A stretch of 63,105 nt of DNA, counting the filler, from Octopus bimaculoides (lineage: Eukaryota), in NCBI RefSeq assembly GCF_001194135.2. It is 6 parts of 6 records of this genome, joined end to end, with 100 filler letters (N's around TTAATTAATTAA, not from the genome) between each part and the next. Parts side by side here need not be neighbours in the genome. Positions count along the whole stretch, not along the records: positions 1 to 18,465 come from NC_068982.1; positions 18,566 to 33,219 come from NC_068986.1; 4 more parts are not named here. One strand, written 5' to 3'. Positions 13,476-26,462 of the stretch are shown piece by piece (the first letter of the stretch is position 1; every line of letters begins with the position of its first letter). The translations under genes and the position numbers were made by a program. A model generated the notes under the pieces. It was not told the origin of the DNA. It searched no databases and saw only the letters and a list, made by a program, of their open reading frames with translations.

Positions 13476-13559
13476 AGATCATGTTATATCGTTACATTTC
13501 TATCAACCAGAATGAACAATTCAAATTTACATTCAAGCAATATTTCTCTTGTGGATTTA

Positions 13560-13909
13560 GCAGCCAATATCTTGCATTAGTATAGTCGTATCGTTAAGAA
13601 TAAGTGATATGAACAATGTTTTTTCGTAAGTAGTCAATTTGGCTGACTTTCCCAGTGTTGTATTACTCTCTACGAAAATAATTACAATTGTTATTGATGT
13701 TGAGGTGAGCATTTCTTCTATTAATGAAGAAGTATAATACACCACTCTTTATTATTCACTAGAACACTTCAAAAAGCTCAAACCATTCAACAATGAATGT
13801 GACTAAACAAACCGCAAATATAGACATACCATCTTTACTCCACTCTCTATCATAAGCGATATATGTGTGTGAGTGTGTGTATGTGTGTGTGTGTATGTGT
13901 GTGTGTGTG

Positions 13910-13952
<43 letters not shown>

Positions 13953-14050
13953 CATACATTTCTCATACACTATTATCAATGCCATGGTTAATTAGTTAAT
14001 TAGATGACATAAGACTTGAAAGCTTTGTAATTAGTATGCCGTGAAGCTGT
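13560..14050 (-). mobile_element. possible Tc1-like transposon 5' fragment
   Basis: Minus-strand LGKSAKLTTYEKTLFISLI resembles a Tc1 transposase N-terminus. A degenerate TIR-like stretch lies near 14025-14050. Weak. Confidence 0.3.
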
Positions 14051-15163
14051 CCATGTATTCGAATGCTCACATTAGTAGAAATCATATATTGTACGGAATT
14101 TAAAGATTCAAGAGAGATTCGTAAAACTGTCGCTGTCGTTAGAAACCATAATTAGAATTACCAGTTTCATAGTATAGCTTCGGAACATTGTTCTCTGCTG
14201 ATTGCATATTAAAAAGGATAGGGATTGATACGTAAATATTTTACGTATTAGAGTTTTAGGAGCAGGATCTCAGAAGGGAATGGTGTAGTCATAATTTATA
14301 AATATCTCTTAATATATAATAGGAATATGTAATTTTATGTACATATATAGTATGCTTACATCTCCATTCTTATCTTAGTAGAACGTGTATTGTTGATTTT
14401 CCGGCGTTTTGGTGTATTGTTAATTAAGGATTTAAATGTAACTATGGGATGTTTATAGATTATTTTGCGAATGTTCACTTCTTTTTCCAAGAAATTTAAA
14501 TCCCTTATGCTTTTGCATATATATATATATATATATGCATGTGTGTGTGTGCGCGCGCGCGCGTGTATATGTATGTGTGTATGCGCACGCACACACACAC
14601 CCACACACAATTATAGGTGCATAGTTATCCGTCTTGAATAGACCCGGATGTCTGACCTATACAATTACTATTATAGAGGCTGTAACTTGCATGTGTATAT
14701 TTGAACTTGTGTAATGTATTGGAAACAATCAATGATCTCTCATGTATGTTAATAAGGGAGTGGTATTTCATATCACTATGTTCTTGACATTCATATTTTT
14801 GGCTGAAACTAATTATAGAAAGTACATGATCAAGAAAAAGAAACCCATACTTTTTCGCATGGGCATATTTACTTGGTATTATTTACCTGCTAGAATTAGC
14901 AGCTCATTTTACAACTTCGAATTTTGAAAAAGGAAGGTCACAATGAATGGATATATCTAAATGTAATATATCTACAAACAAAATGGAATGATCACGGCAG
15001 AAATGCCTTTGATCTTAGAGGTCTCCTTGGGACTAAAAATAAACAACAACTCCAAAACATCTTTTGCGCTATATTCTGAAGATATTTCTAAGAGCTGCAT
15101 GAAGAGTGGGTCATTAGCTGTTTTTCAATACTCGCATACGTAGAATATAATTACACACACACA

Positions 15164-15218
<55 letters not shown>

Positions 15219-15639
15219 GTAGGTACGTGCGTACGCATGTTTGTATGTATGTAGTATTCCAAGATGACTTCCAGCATGACTTCCTCCGATGGCACCAGTT
15301 GGACAGTACTATTATAGCCAGTGACAAACTATCGCGTGTTGATTTAAGGTTCGTAACTTTTCAGTTCAAAGGTGATCCATGAAGATATGGAGAGCAACTA
15401 TCGACGATATTTCAGGTCAGTGAAGGGCATGTAATTCTCTAGTCTCTGGTTCTTGAGACAAATTGTAATTGAGATATAATATTTCTCTGCCTCTTTCTCT
15501 TGAATGAATGGTGATGTTGACAGAAACGATGTGGAAAATTTTCGTATTAAATCCGTATATTTTAAATACTGCTCGGGGATAATATGGTTGTTCTGTATAC
15601 AGTGAACTTGAAGAGGCACTAAGCCGAAGGGAAAATGAA

Positions 15640-15900
15640 TAAGTGGATTGTTTTGAAAGTTAAACTTTGACTTTTAGTTATCATAATAAATTTTTCCATG
15701 CAAACTAATACATTTAGGAGAATGCAGTTGGACCAACACCTCTGCCATCTCCAAAAGTATATTGACCTCTCTAAAGGTGAAATGGAAATAATGAATAAGC
15801 GTATATTCGACGCCATCCATCGCAACATGGACATTAAATAATTCCGCCATCAAGTAGTTCCTCGGTATTATATCAAAGGCGTCCTGTTGATTTATTTGAT
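15640..15900 (-). mobile_element. RTE-type LINE C-terminal fragment, highly decayed
   Basis: Minus-strand MSMLRWMASNIRL resembles the RTE post-RT motif MxMLRWMxGxxRL. Confidence 0.5.
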
Positions 15901-16134
15901 TCGATATGATGGAATTTTATCTTAGTTTCACGTCTCCAAAAACACAGATTTGCTCAAGAAATTCAATTCATTTTGCTACCAATATATCACGATCAAACGC
16001 GACGCTAAAAAAACTCACTTTTATACCATCTCCATTATTATTTGGCCCCAAAAGAGAGTGACTCTTGTGTTGGTGTATTCAAGGACGCACAGAATAGGAT
16101 CATTTTGTTATGGCATATAGTACTTCTTTAAATG

Positions 16135-16760
16135 ATGTTCGAAAATTCTGCTACGCATGAAGCACCCTCTCGGACAATACACAATTGAACGAAAAGATCA
16201 GCGAGCAGTTGCATAAAGTAAGCTCAGCTACCAGTGGATTCCAGCACACACTAGAGAGATCATGGTATCTGCCTGGCTACAATGATCAAAGTACACTAGG
16301 CGGTGGTGTTTCTCTAATATATAGCTGTGAAGCATGAACATTGTACAGGCGCCATATTAAATGGTTTAGACTCACTTCATCTCCACTATTTTCGTTCAGT
16401 TTGAAACATCATGTGGTAGGACAGAGATCCCAGCACAGAGGAATTTTCAAGATATGCCATTCTAGGTAAAGGAAGATTCATTACCAAAGCGCAAGGACGG
16501 TGGGTTGAGTAAGTGGTGTGCATAGAAGACACTCGCTTACCTAAAACCTTCTTCTACGGCTAGCTTAGCTCTGGTGCTATGCACCAAGTCTGCCGTGCCT
16601 ACGGTAACGTTATAAGGATTCTCTAAAGACCTCCATGAAGACCTGCAACTTAAAAACTGAAAGCAAAATAATCTGAAGCACTGAACGCATCCAAGTGAAG
16701 AAGCTCTTGCTACGAAGCCATCTCCAAATATCATTTGTGATGTGTTTGGAACAATAACCT
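16135..16760 (+). mobile_element. RTE/BovB-type LINE 3' fragment, decayed
   Basis: Frame-broken translation: EKFCY..STLS (YLGS motif), LIYSCEA*TLYRRHIKW, EDTRLPKTFFYG*LSSG, RYKDSLKTSMKTCNL. Confidence 0.8.
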
Positions 16761-16974
16761 TCCTAATTACATTAACATACAACAATCATACACACGCACA
16801 CATCCAAACTCCACAAACCTTCCCCCCATTTATCTAAAGAAATACACGTGTTCAAAAAGTATCCCACTTTTTCCCACAAAACCTAATGCAGCATGGGTAA
16901 AATCCTTTGGGTGGGAGGTGACACTACCCACCCTACGTATGCTAGATTCGCATGTGTATTTGTAATTCTGTTTC

Positions 16975-17292
16975 TTTTTTTTCTTTTATTCGTTTCAGTT
17001 ATGCAGCTGAGGTCATGCAAGAACACCACCGTGATTTTGCACCATTACTTATGATTTCGGTATTTCACATTCCTACGCTTGTACGTTCCTTGATCCCGGC
17101 TGTTGGCCGATTTGATGTATGAGGGAGTTTAACTCCGCTGCCCTCGTCTGTACACATGTCGAGCTGTCGGTTCATTCGGTATAGTGGAGAGGAGAATGTC
17201 TAGTTCACTTTTGAAGACATCTACGTTCACATTGTGTAGGTTCTTAATTTTTGTGTGACGGCATTGAAGAGTTGTGGGCCTCTGTATATTTT
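16975..17292 (-). mobile_element. CR1/L2-type LINE 3' end with SINE-like tail
   Basis: Minus-strand RGPQLFNAVTQKLRNLHNVNVDVFKSELDILLSTIPNEP..NSLIHQ, followed by 3' tail GGTGTTCTTGCATGACCTCAGCTGCATAACTGAAACGAATAAAAGA. Confidence 0.72.
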
Positions 17293-17316
17293 GTGTGTGT
17301 GTGTGTGTGTATGTGT

Positions 17317-17361
<45 letters not shown>

Positions 17362-17939
17362 TGTGTGTTTGCGTCCGTATGTGGTTAGGGGTGGCTGTTG
17401 GAATATCTGAAATTTGAATTTTTTTTTCGGCCGAATTTTTGATTTACAGAAATGTACATAAATGACGATGTCTAAGCCTTTGAAACTGATAAAAGTAAGT
17501 TTGTTAGGAAATTATGATTATATCGCATACGTCTAAATAGATAATTTTGCCTTCTTGCATCAATACATGGCTAAGTAGATATTCGATCACTGCATCATAT
17601 TGCTTCTTAAACTACTTCCAAAAAANNNNNNNNNNNNNNNNNNNNNNNNNNNNNNNNNNNNNNNNNNNNNNNNNNNNNNNNNNNNNNNNNNNNNNNNNNN
17701 NNNNNNNNNNNNNNNNNNNNNNNNNNNNNNNNNNNNNNNNNNNNNNNNNNNNNNNNNNNNNNNNNNNNNNNNNNNNNNNNNNNNNNNNNNNNNNNNTATA
17801 TATATATATATATGTCCACATACATATGTGCCTTTCTACCTGATTATTCCTGTAAATTACTACATATCTTGTCCGTATCTAAAGTTGTGAACTTTTATGT
17901 AAATTACGATAATACTAATTTTTCTTCCCACTACAGGTA

Positions 17940-18362
17940 TAGGACCTGACATTTTGGGCAAGTGGGGATAGTCGTTTACATCGACCCCAGGGACCAACTG
18001 CCACGTATTTTATCGACCCCCAAAAGGATGAATTACAAGGTCAAACACGCTGGAATTTAAACTAAGAACTTAAAGACGGACGAAAAGCAGGTAAGCATTT
18101 GTGCGGCGTGCTAACAATTCTGCAAGCTCACCGACACAAACTATAATAATAATTTCAAATTTTAGTACAAGGCCAGGGATTTCAGTAAAAGGGGTAAGTC
18201 GATTACATCGACCCCAGTGCTCAACTGGTGCTTATTTTATCGAGGGATGAAAGGCGAAGTTGACAAAGTTGACCCGGTGGTGTGTGAACTTGACCGTAAA
18301 GACGGACGAAATCCCGCCAAGCATTTTGCCCGGAGTGTTATCGATGCTGCCAGCTTGCTACT
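17940..18362 (-). mobile_element. two tandem SINE family B copies
   Basis: Two blocks (about 17940-18135 and 18155-18362), each with TACATCGACCCCAG..TATTTTATCG..GGATGA and a degenerate tRNA head on the minus strand. Confidence 0.75.
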
Positions 18363-18410
18363 TTAACTATAAAAGTGATAAAGTAAATATGTATGCATGT
18401 GTATGTATGC

Positions 18411-18465
<55 letters not shown>

Positions 18466-18565
18466 NNNNNNNNNNNNNNNNNNNNNNNNNNNNNNNNNNN
18501 NNNNNNNNNTTAATTAATTAANNNNNNNNNNNNNNNNNNNNNNNNNNNNNNNNNNNNNNNNNNNN
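18466..18565. other. artificial 100-bp scaffold join (44 N + TTAATTAATTAA + 44 N)
   Basis: Identical geometry at 18466-18565, 33220-33319, 43741-43840, 55530-55629 and 59545-59644. TTAATTAATTAA gives stop codons in all six frames. Confidence 0.97.
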
Positions 18566-19203
18566 ATATATATATATACATATCCATATACATATATGGA
18601 TATATGTATATACATATATATACATATATATATATATACATATATATGTATACGGGGAAGCATAAACATATAAGTATACATGATACCTATTTGGACGTAT
18701 ATACGTATGTACATATATCAACACATAGATAAATTCATACGATCATATATACTTATATATATATATATATATACATACAAATACATGCAAATACAATATA
18801 AGGCTTACAACTGTTGGAAAAATAAAATTAGTGCTGGTGATAGTAAATATAGAGCTACTACTTATAACATAATGACATGTATTGAAATTTGAAATCAATC
18901 CATTAAATGCCAGCATTGATGTGCCACCACTCGTTTCACGCATACATATTTTCTCATGTTCGACAGACGGTCTTCATATTTTTGCGTTCTGTTCTAGATT
19001 CTTAATCATGTTAAATCTATTGTTCGTATGGTGGGGGCATGTGTTATTGCGTGTATATTTATATTACACTTCAACATAAGCAAATATGCCTCACTTCAGA
19101 CACGGTTTTTCCTTTTCACCGATGTGTTACGATGACCATCGCAAAAGACACACACTCGCACACACACCACACACGCGGACGAGCGTACACACACACTCAC
19201 TCT

Positions 19204-19241
<38 letters not shown>

Positions 19242-19469
19242 CACAAACACAAACACAAACACACACAGATATCCGCTCATATATAACTGGCTTCTGCCTC
19301 TTTTACCTTTAGCAAATTCGCTCACCAGAAATGTGCCTTGTCCACACTGCCGCTCCATAACAATTTGCAGGAAGCCACCAGGTTGCAAAACGAGACTTGA
19401 TGACACACCCATGCCTGATAGAAATTCTCTAAAAACTTGATCTTAATTCAGTAGTAGGTGAAAAGGAGA

Positions 19470-20067
19470 AAACATCTGTAAAGTCATGGTGACAGAACTA
19501 GCAATCATTAGAGTGTTCTTTCTGCTAACGCCAAATCATTGGCACACCATACTTCATGTGAACTTTTTTTCCTGCATACCAGGAACTCAATGTCTTCACT
19601 CATGTAAGGCAACACACATGAGGAGCCCATGACTTATCCTGGTCACCTAAGTAACAATCGAAGTACGCCTTGTATATTATTTTGATATGGCGTGTAATAC
19701 TGCGCTTTTCTTTAGCAAACGTCAATTCCCCAGAGATATAACAGAATCTGCCTGGATCATTTTTGCACTGTCTTGCACTAATTGTTGAAAACAAATAAGA
19801 TCTGAAAGATGAAAAAATAACATTAAACACAAGCTTTGGATCACATTGTAGGTGTTACTAAGGGTCGTTTCTATCCCTGGGTTGAAACACATTTTAGAAT
19901 GCGGTAGAGAATTTTATTTGATAATAATGACAAACCGGCTGTACAGTGACAATTCTGTACAAACAATGCCTAATTCAATAAAAAGAAGGCCAGAAATTGA
20001 TTTCCCATGTCATTTTGCATATAAAATGGCCACAGATCTCTTGTACTATTTTGGGTGTTGCACGGTG
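19470..20067 (-). mobile_element. Chapaev3-like (CMC superfamily) DNA transposon 5' end with N-terminal Cys/His domain of the transposase
   Basis: Minus-strand ARQCKNDPGRFCYISGELTFAKEKRSITRHIKIIYKAYFDCYLGDQDKSWAPHVCCLT..YGVPMIW. Terminus CACCGTGCAACACCCAAAATAG at 20067, flanked by TAA. Family name is from recall of the motif, not from a search. Confidence 0.72.
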
Positions 20068-20164
20068 TAATCAAAATAGCGTTACCGACATTTTCTTCAG
20101 TAGCTTTTTAGTAAAATTTGTATTATCCATCTTCACAAACACCACCAAGAAGCTGTCACATTTT

Positions 20165-20372
20165 AAAATCATCGTCGTCGTCATCAACTTCGTCTTCAGC
20201 GCTAGTACTACCAATCTACCAATGACATCGTCATCATCGTTATCATTGTCGTCATCATCATCATCATCATCACCACCGCCACCACCACCACCACCACCAC
20301 CACCGCCGTCATCATCATTATCATCATCACCACCAACACCACTTCCACCATCATCATCATTATCAGTCATCG

Positions 20373-20403
<31 letters not shown>

Positions 20404-20423
20404 CACCACCAACACAACCACCA

Positions 20424-20457
<34 letters not shown>

Positions 20458-20517
20458 TATCATCATCACCACCACCACCACCACCACCTCCACCATCATC
20501 ATCATTATCAGTCATCG

Positions 20518-20548
<31 letters not shown>

Positions 20549-21537
20549 CATCATCACCACTAACACAACCACCACCACCACCACCACCACCTTCATCATC
20601 ATTATCATCATCGCCACCACCACCACCACCACCGCCGTAATCATCATCATCATTATCGTCACCAAGGACGTGTACGATATCTCGCTAGTCATTGTAGTTT
20701 CGGTCATCGACAAAAACATCATTATAATTAACATTGTCGTCATCGTCATCGTCATCGACATTACCTTCATCATCACCGTCATTGTCTTCATCTTCTCCCC
20801 TCTTCCTTCAACTCATTTTTCTTTCTGTCTTCTTTCCCCTTCTTTTATTATTTCTTCATCTTTTATTGTGTTTTACTTCGCCTTCATCGTCTCTTTTTTT
20901 CTTCTTGATGTCCCTGTTGTTGTTGCTCTTCTCCTTTTTTTTGTTTGTCTTGTTCTTGTTCTTTTTTTCTTCTTTTTTTCTTTTTTGTCATCATCATCAT
21001 CATCACCATCAACTTCTTTTTCTTCATCTTCTTTTTTGTCATGATCGTCATCATCATCATCATCATCATCATCTTCATTATCCTCATCATCATCGTCGTC
21101 ATCATCAACATCAGCATCATCATCTGCTTCATCATCTTCTTCTTTTTCTTCATCATCATCTTCTTCTACTTCTTCTTCTTCTCCTTCTTTCTTTCTTTCT
21201 TTCTTTCTTTCTTTTCTTTTATTCCATCATCATCATGATCGTCATCAACTTCTGTTTTTTCTCTTTTTTTACTTCTTTTTTACTTCCTTTTTATCTTCTT
21301 CTTCTTCCTCTCCTCGTTTCCCTTCTTCTTTTTCTTCTCATTTTTCTTCTCCTTCTTTTCTTCTGCATCTTCTTTTTCTTCTCCTTCTTTTTCTTCTCCT
21401 TCTTCTTCCGCCCCTCCTTCTCTTTCTTCATTGTGTTCTCCGTCTTCTTCCCTCCTCCTTCTCCTCCTTTTCCTTCTTCTTCTTCTTCTTCTTCTTCTTC
21501 TTCTTTTTCTTCTTACTTTTCTTCTTCTTCTTCTTCT

Positions 21538-21572
<35 letters not shown>

Positions 21573-21999
21573 TTCATCTCCTTCTTTTTCATCTCCTCCT
21601 CCTCCTCCTCCTCCTCCTCTTCCTCATCCTCATCCTTCGAATCTTCATTTCCATCATTCTTCCTTTACCGTTTGCTATTCACTTTACTATTCCAGCTATT
21701 ATTCTTATTATTAGCATCATTCGTTATTATTTTTTTCTTTTGCTATTATTTTGAAATATGTGCTGTTTATATTAAATTAATTTCCTTCTCAAACGAAACA
21801 AAACACAAAAAACCCACAAAAAATAATGACGGAAACAAATGGAGAAAACAAGAAAATCTCACAGCATTTGAAATAAAATATGAAATCGGGTTTGCAAAAA
21901 TAAAAATAAAATAATAAACGAAACGTATTTGCAAGCATATTTTAGAATGTTTGTCAAATGCATTTTCTTTCTCTGTCAAAAGATTTTCATAATTATATA

Positions 22000-22048
<49 letters not shown>

Positions 22049-22052
22049 GTTA

Positions 22053-22119
<67 letters not shown>

Positions 22120-22220
22120 CATTAGTATTAGTATTATTATTATTATTATTATGATCATCATTAGTGTTATTATTATTATGTTTGTTGGTTTGTTGCTGCT
22201 GTTGTTGTTATCATTATTTC

Positions 22221-22283
<63 letters not shown>

Positions 22284-22300
22284 CATTATTATTATTTCTC

Positions 22301-22386
<86 letters not shown>

Positions 22387-22402
22387 TCTATTATTATTAT
22401 TT

Positions 22403-22479
<77 letters not shown>

Positions 22480-22483
22480 TCTC

Positions 22484-22554
<71 letters not shown>

Positions 22555-22679
22555 TGTGTTATTATTATTATTACTATTATCTTCATCATCATCATTATTA
22601 TTATCATTATTAATTCTATTATTATTTTTACTATTATTAGTACCTGTAGTAGTAGTAGTAGTAATAGTAATAGTAGTAG

Positions 22680-22757
<78 letters not shown>

Positions 22758-22832
22758 ATGTAGCAGCAGCAATAGTGGCAGCAGCAGTAGTATTATTATT
22801 ATTAATATTATTATTATTAGTAGTAGTAGTAT

Positions 22833-22895
<63 letters not shown>

Positions 22896-22935
22896 CGTCG
22901 TTGTTATTATTATTGCCGTTGTTGCTTTTGTTGTC
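20165..22935. repeat. about 2.8-kb mosaic of trinucleotide microsatellites (CAT/CAC, CTT/CTC, ATT, AGT/AGC, GTT)
   Basis: Directly visible. It generates the poly-S/P/H/L/I/Y ORFs in the track. Confidence 0.97.
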
Positions 22936-23253
22936 GTTATTTATTGATGTATCTATTTATTTTGCAGACATATATAGCGTTTTGAAATGAATTTAACTGA
23001 ATAAACACAACCATTGAAGCTATAATGGTCTGGAATTTAATTAACTCTAATCGTGTATCGCATAACTCTCCACCAGAAAAGGATTATGAGCCGAAAGAAC
23101 GTAAATCTCTATCAGAAATACAACTGCATTAAGCTAGAACTGTTAACGCTTTATAATAAATCTATTGCACAAACATCATGAACGGCATTTATGTTTGCAG
23201 ACACACGTTGCATAATTTTCTATTTTCTATTCTCTCAAATAATTTGTTTTCAG

Positions 23254-23362
23254 AAATCCATCTCGTGCTCAGCGTTGCTTAATAGAATCAACTGCGTTTG
23301 TTTGTACATGGGAAAAAATAATGGCGGTAGATATACTTAAAGAAATGTTATTAGGAATTCAG
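23254..23362 (+). CDS. candidate internal coding exon (109 nt, phase 2-0), unknown protein: NPSRAQRCLIESTAFVCTWEKIMAVDILKEMLLGIQ
   Basis: Strong acceptor AATTTGTTTTCAG, donor CAG|GTAAAT, single open frame, non-repetitive sequence. Confidence 0.42.
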
Positions 23363-23699
23363 GTAAATATGAATGTTTATATAGAGTAAAGCAATTCTTT
23401 CCGCGGAGTCTTCTCTTACATGACAAGAGCAGCGGCATTGAATAAATAACAATAATTACAAAACATACAAACGTGCGCAAATAATAGAAATTACGACGCA
23501 TTAATGTCATGTAAATTTAATTAAAAATTCTAGAACAAAATTTGTTTGAAACTATAGCGGATTAAATTTTAAAATATCTCAAAATTGAAATTTGAATAAT
23601 ACATATATATCAACGCATGCGTGCATCCCTCCATCCATCAATACATACATACAACAATATATACATCCCTACATACATAGAAAATCCCTGTGTTATGGA

Positions 23700-24110
23700 A
23701 TACATTCATAAACACCAACTCATGGAATACTGGTGGAATAATCCCATCAGGACTTCTGTCAAGTTTAAACATAGCGGGCTGGATATTGTTGTTTGGAACA
23801 GACGGGCAAGAGTATGGGCTATCAAAGAGTCTGCGGCCCTGCACATATAAATATCTCTGTGCAGATGAAAGAAAAGGAGGATATCTATGGACAACCGCTT
23901 CGAAACCTCCATCTTTTATATCCAGACTATAAATTCATATTCATAGTCTGGAACGCTAGCAAATGCTTACAGCAGAATCTGGATTAACTGGGATTTTCCG
24001 GAAGAGAAATTGACCGACTGATTCGTACCTTTCAAGTCGAATCTCTGAATGGAACAGTAAAAATATAAAAATGTGCAAGACTTGTCGCAATTTCCAAATG
24101 TGAATTTGCA
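23700..24110 (+). mobile_element. R4/Dong-like non-LTR retrotransposon C-terminal fragment (restriction-like endonuclease region)
   Basis: EYWWNNPIRTSVKFKHSGLDIVVWNRR..CGPAHINISVQMKEKEDIYGQPLRNLHLLYPDYKFIFI..LGFSGREIDRLIRTFQVESLNGTVKI, frameshifted. Homologous to 61420-61700 on the minus strand. Confidence 0.75.
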
Positions 24111-24762
24111 TGGGTTAACTGCATCCCAAAGATGAAGCATTGTGTCTTTGTTGAAAATCGGTCCCTCCTCAGTGGAAGATTTATAATAATTAAAATATAG
24201 AAGAGACATGCATACATACATACATACATACATAAATAAATAAATACATATATACATGCATACACATATCCCCAAACCCACAGGAAAAGCAGAAAGAGAA
24301 GGGAAAGACAAACTTCATTGAAACTAGGAATTTCTACTAAGATGTGCCATAGATTCATGACGCTAATTAGGAAGAAGAAATCTTATAAACCATAGGCATG
24401 ATGAAGCACATTCTCACATTTAATTGTGATGCCATCGCTTCAAATATCGCACGCTATATTAGTCGCAATTACACACACATACACAGATACACACATACAC
24501 AGATACACACACACACACTAGGACCTGTAACTGTTAGAAACCTACCAGTTGCCTTATAGAAGTACCCTGTCTATTAAATGCTATAGTTTATACGCCAGGT
24601 TTACAGCATCCGATGGCAATGCGATCACAGGATAATAAAGTCGACGAGATATATTGTACCTGCAATGCAAAGAACACAGCCCTGCCTCACACACACACAT
24701 ACACACACACTCACACATAAACACGAGCGCACACGGTCTCACACTGATATCACTAAAGAATT

Positions 24763-24803
24763 ATATTGATGGTACCTTTCTATGCCTAATAGTCAGCCAT
24801 GTA
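24763..24803 (+). repeat. left arm of 41-bp inverted repeat (partner 26463-26503)
   Basis: ATATTGATGGTACCTTTCTATGCCTAATAGTCAGCCATGTA versus the reverse complement of 26463-26503: 39/41 identical. Confidence 0.85.
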
Positions 24804-24880
24804 CATTCCGCTTCCAGCGCAGATTATTTAGTAAACCGGGAACCGCCAGATTCTTTAGACTATTTTTATCATTATTATTA

Positions 24881-25050
24881 CTAGTTTCAGTCATTGAACT
24901 GAGGTCAATATGAGACGCAGCCTTGAAGAATTTGGTCGGACGAATCGACACCAGGTTACTTTTATTAAGCCTGATTCTTATTCTATAGAACACCCATGCT
25001 GAACCGCTAAGTTGCGGGTACATAAACGAACCTGGAACAGTTGACAAACT
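24881..25050 (-). mobile_element. SINE family A 3' half, decayed
   Basis: GTTTCAGTCATTGAACTG..GAATCGACACCAGG..TTATTCTAT..GCTGAACCGCTAAGTTGCGGG is the reverse complement of the family A 3' part. Confidence 0.7.
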
Positions 25051-26462
25051 GTGGAAAAGAACAACCATAGTGGTAAAACATACATATATACTATCATTTG
25101 AATTCTTCAAATCAGGCATATTACAAAATATAATAATTTACCATGTAAGCTTCCTATTATATATTCTAAAGAATAAATGTTCATTATATGTTGCTAGATT
25201 TACTTCAACTAGCATTTTGACACAAATCTTTAAGTTAATAATTCATTCTTCATTTTAATATTACTTGCCTTTATTTAACTGGAATTTTCATTTTTACTTC
25301 TTTAATTTGTGGAATTTTCTACTCTAATATCTGCCCAGAGCTTAAGGAAGACATATTGAATATGCAAGTATTTTATCCAGTTCATTTCGTAATTAGACTA
25401 CTGTTTATTAATTTCTTTTCCCGTCTTCTCAATTCCACTATGATTTCAGAATTTATGAAATAATTTGCTTTAGTATCCCTTCCCTATATTTCAAATTAGA
25501 ATATTAATTAAATACTTTTAACCGGTTAATTTCCATCTCACAATATATGAAGACATGTAGTAGACCTTAATTAACACATTTATAATTAGCACACATAATT
25601 AGACAATGTCTGTTCTTGTATGACTAGACATCTATCACGGCATAGCAATATATTTTCATAAATAGATTTATTGTTTTTGTATAACACACTGAATATCCTG
25701 TATTACTATAATTGTATGATGCTGATAATTATTCATCGTACTACATAAGAATTTAAATACTTTTAGGGCTTACATGTATAGGTTACATTAGAAACGTTTG
25801 ATCACTCCACTCTGCATGTACGGCGCAAGAATTAGCATGATTATCTGTATTATATGACTGCAACTAATTATTACAGTTAAGCATGCATCCGAATTACATA
25901 TCTTCGGAAATACCAAAGGGCAAAACATTGCCGATGCAAAGATGCAGCAGCGATTTCGTATATGTTGTCGTCAGAGTGCAAATACACAGAACAAATATCG
26001 AAATTCATGCAGTCAGTTTTACTCATGTTCCGTCGAATTAATTTAATGCTGCTGTAATTTTCTTCTCGAACACAGAAGGGGTGGGAATTTAGAGAACAGA
26101 GAATATGTAGAAATACTATCAGATATATGAGTCTTCCATAGTAGCTTTCTTTCCGTAACTCACAAAGGATTTGTTTATATTTAAGAATGTATTCATTAAA
26201 TTTGGCTGAATTTGATGCTTGGGCGCTTGACCTAATCCGATGCTCAAGGAGTCGTGTTAGCGTTGATTTGTGGGTACGATCCTGGGTGAGGTTAGCTCAT
26301 CAGTTTTCTGCCATTTGTTTGCATTTAAAAATTGTCGCTTAAAATCGGAGAATATATATTATTATGATATATTATTATACAGTTACTATGATACAACGAG
26401 TTTTCCATAACAGCTTTCTTTCCGTAAGTTACGAAGCGTTTCTGGTTTCTTTACAAATATGA

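Noticed and set aside
18510-18521. TTAATTAATTAA islands in N runs (also 33264, 43785, 55574, 59589), resembling a conserved spaced motif
   Set aside because: Always centred in an exact 44+12+44 = 100-bp gap, with stops in all six frames. This is an assembly linker, not biology.
20734-22990. 326-aa and 353-aa low-complexity ORFs
   Set aside because: Produced by trinucleotide microsatellites, with homopolymeric runs in several frames and strands.
23074-23100. Hammerhead-like CAGAAAA-GGAT(tatg)AGCC-GAAA
   Set aside because: Two invariant core positions are changed, helix II has a mismatch, and there is no clear helix III or I. At most a heavily decayed relic.
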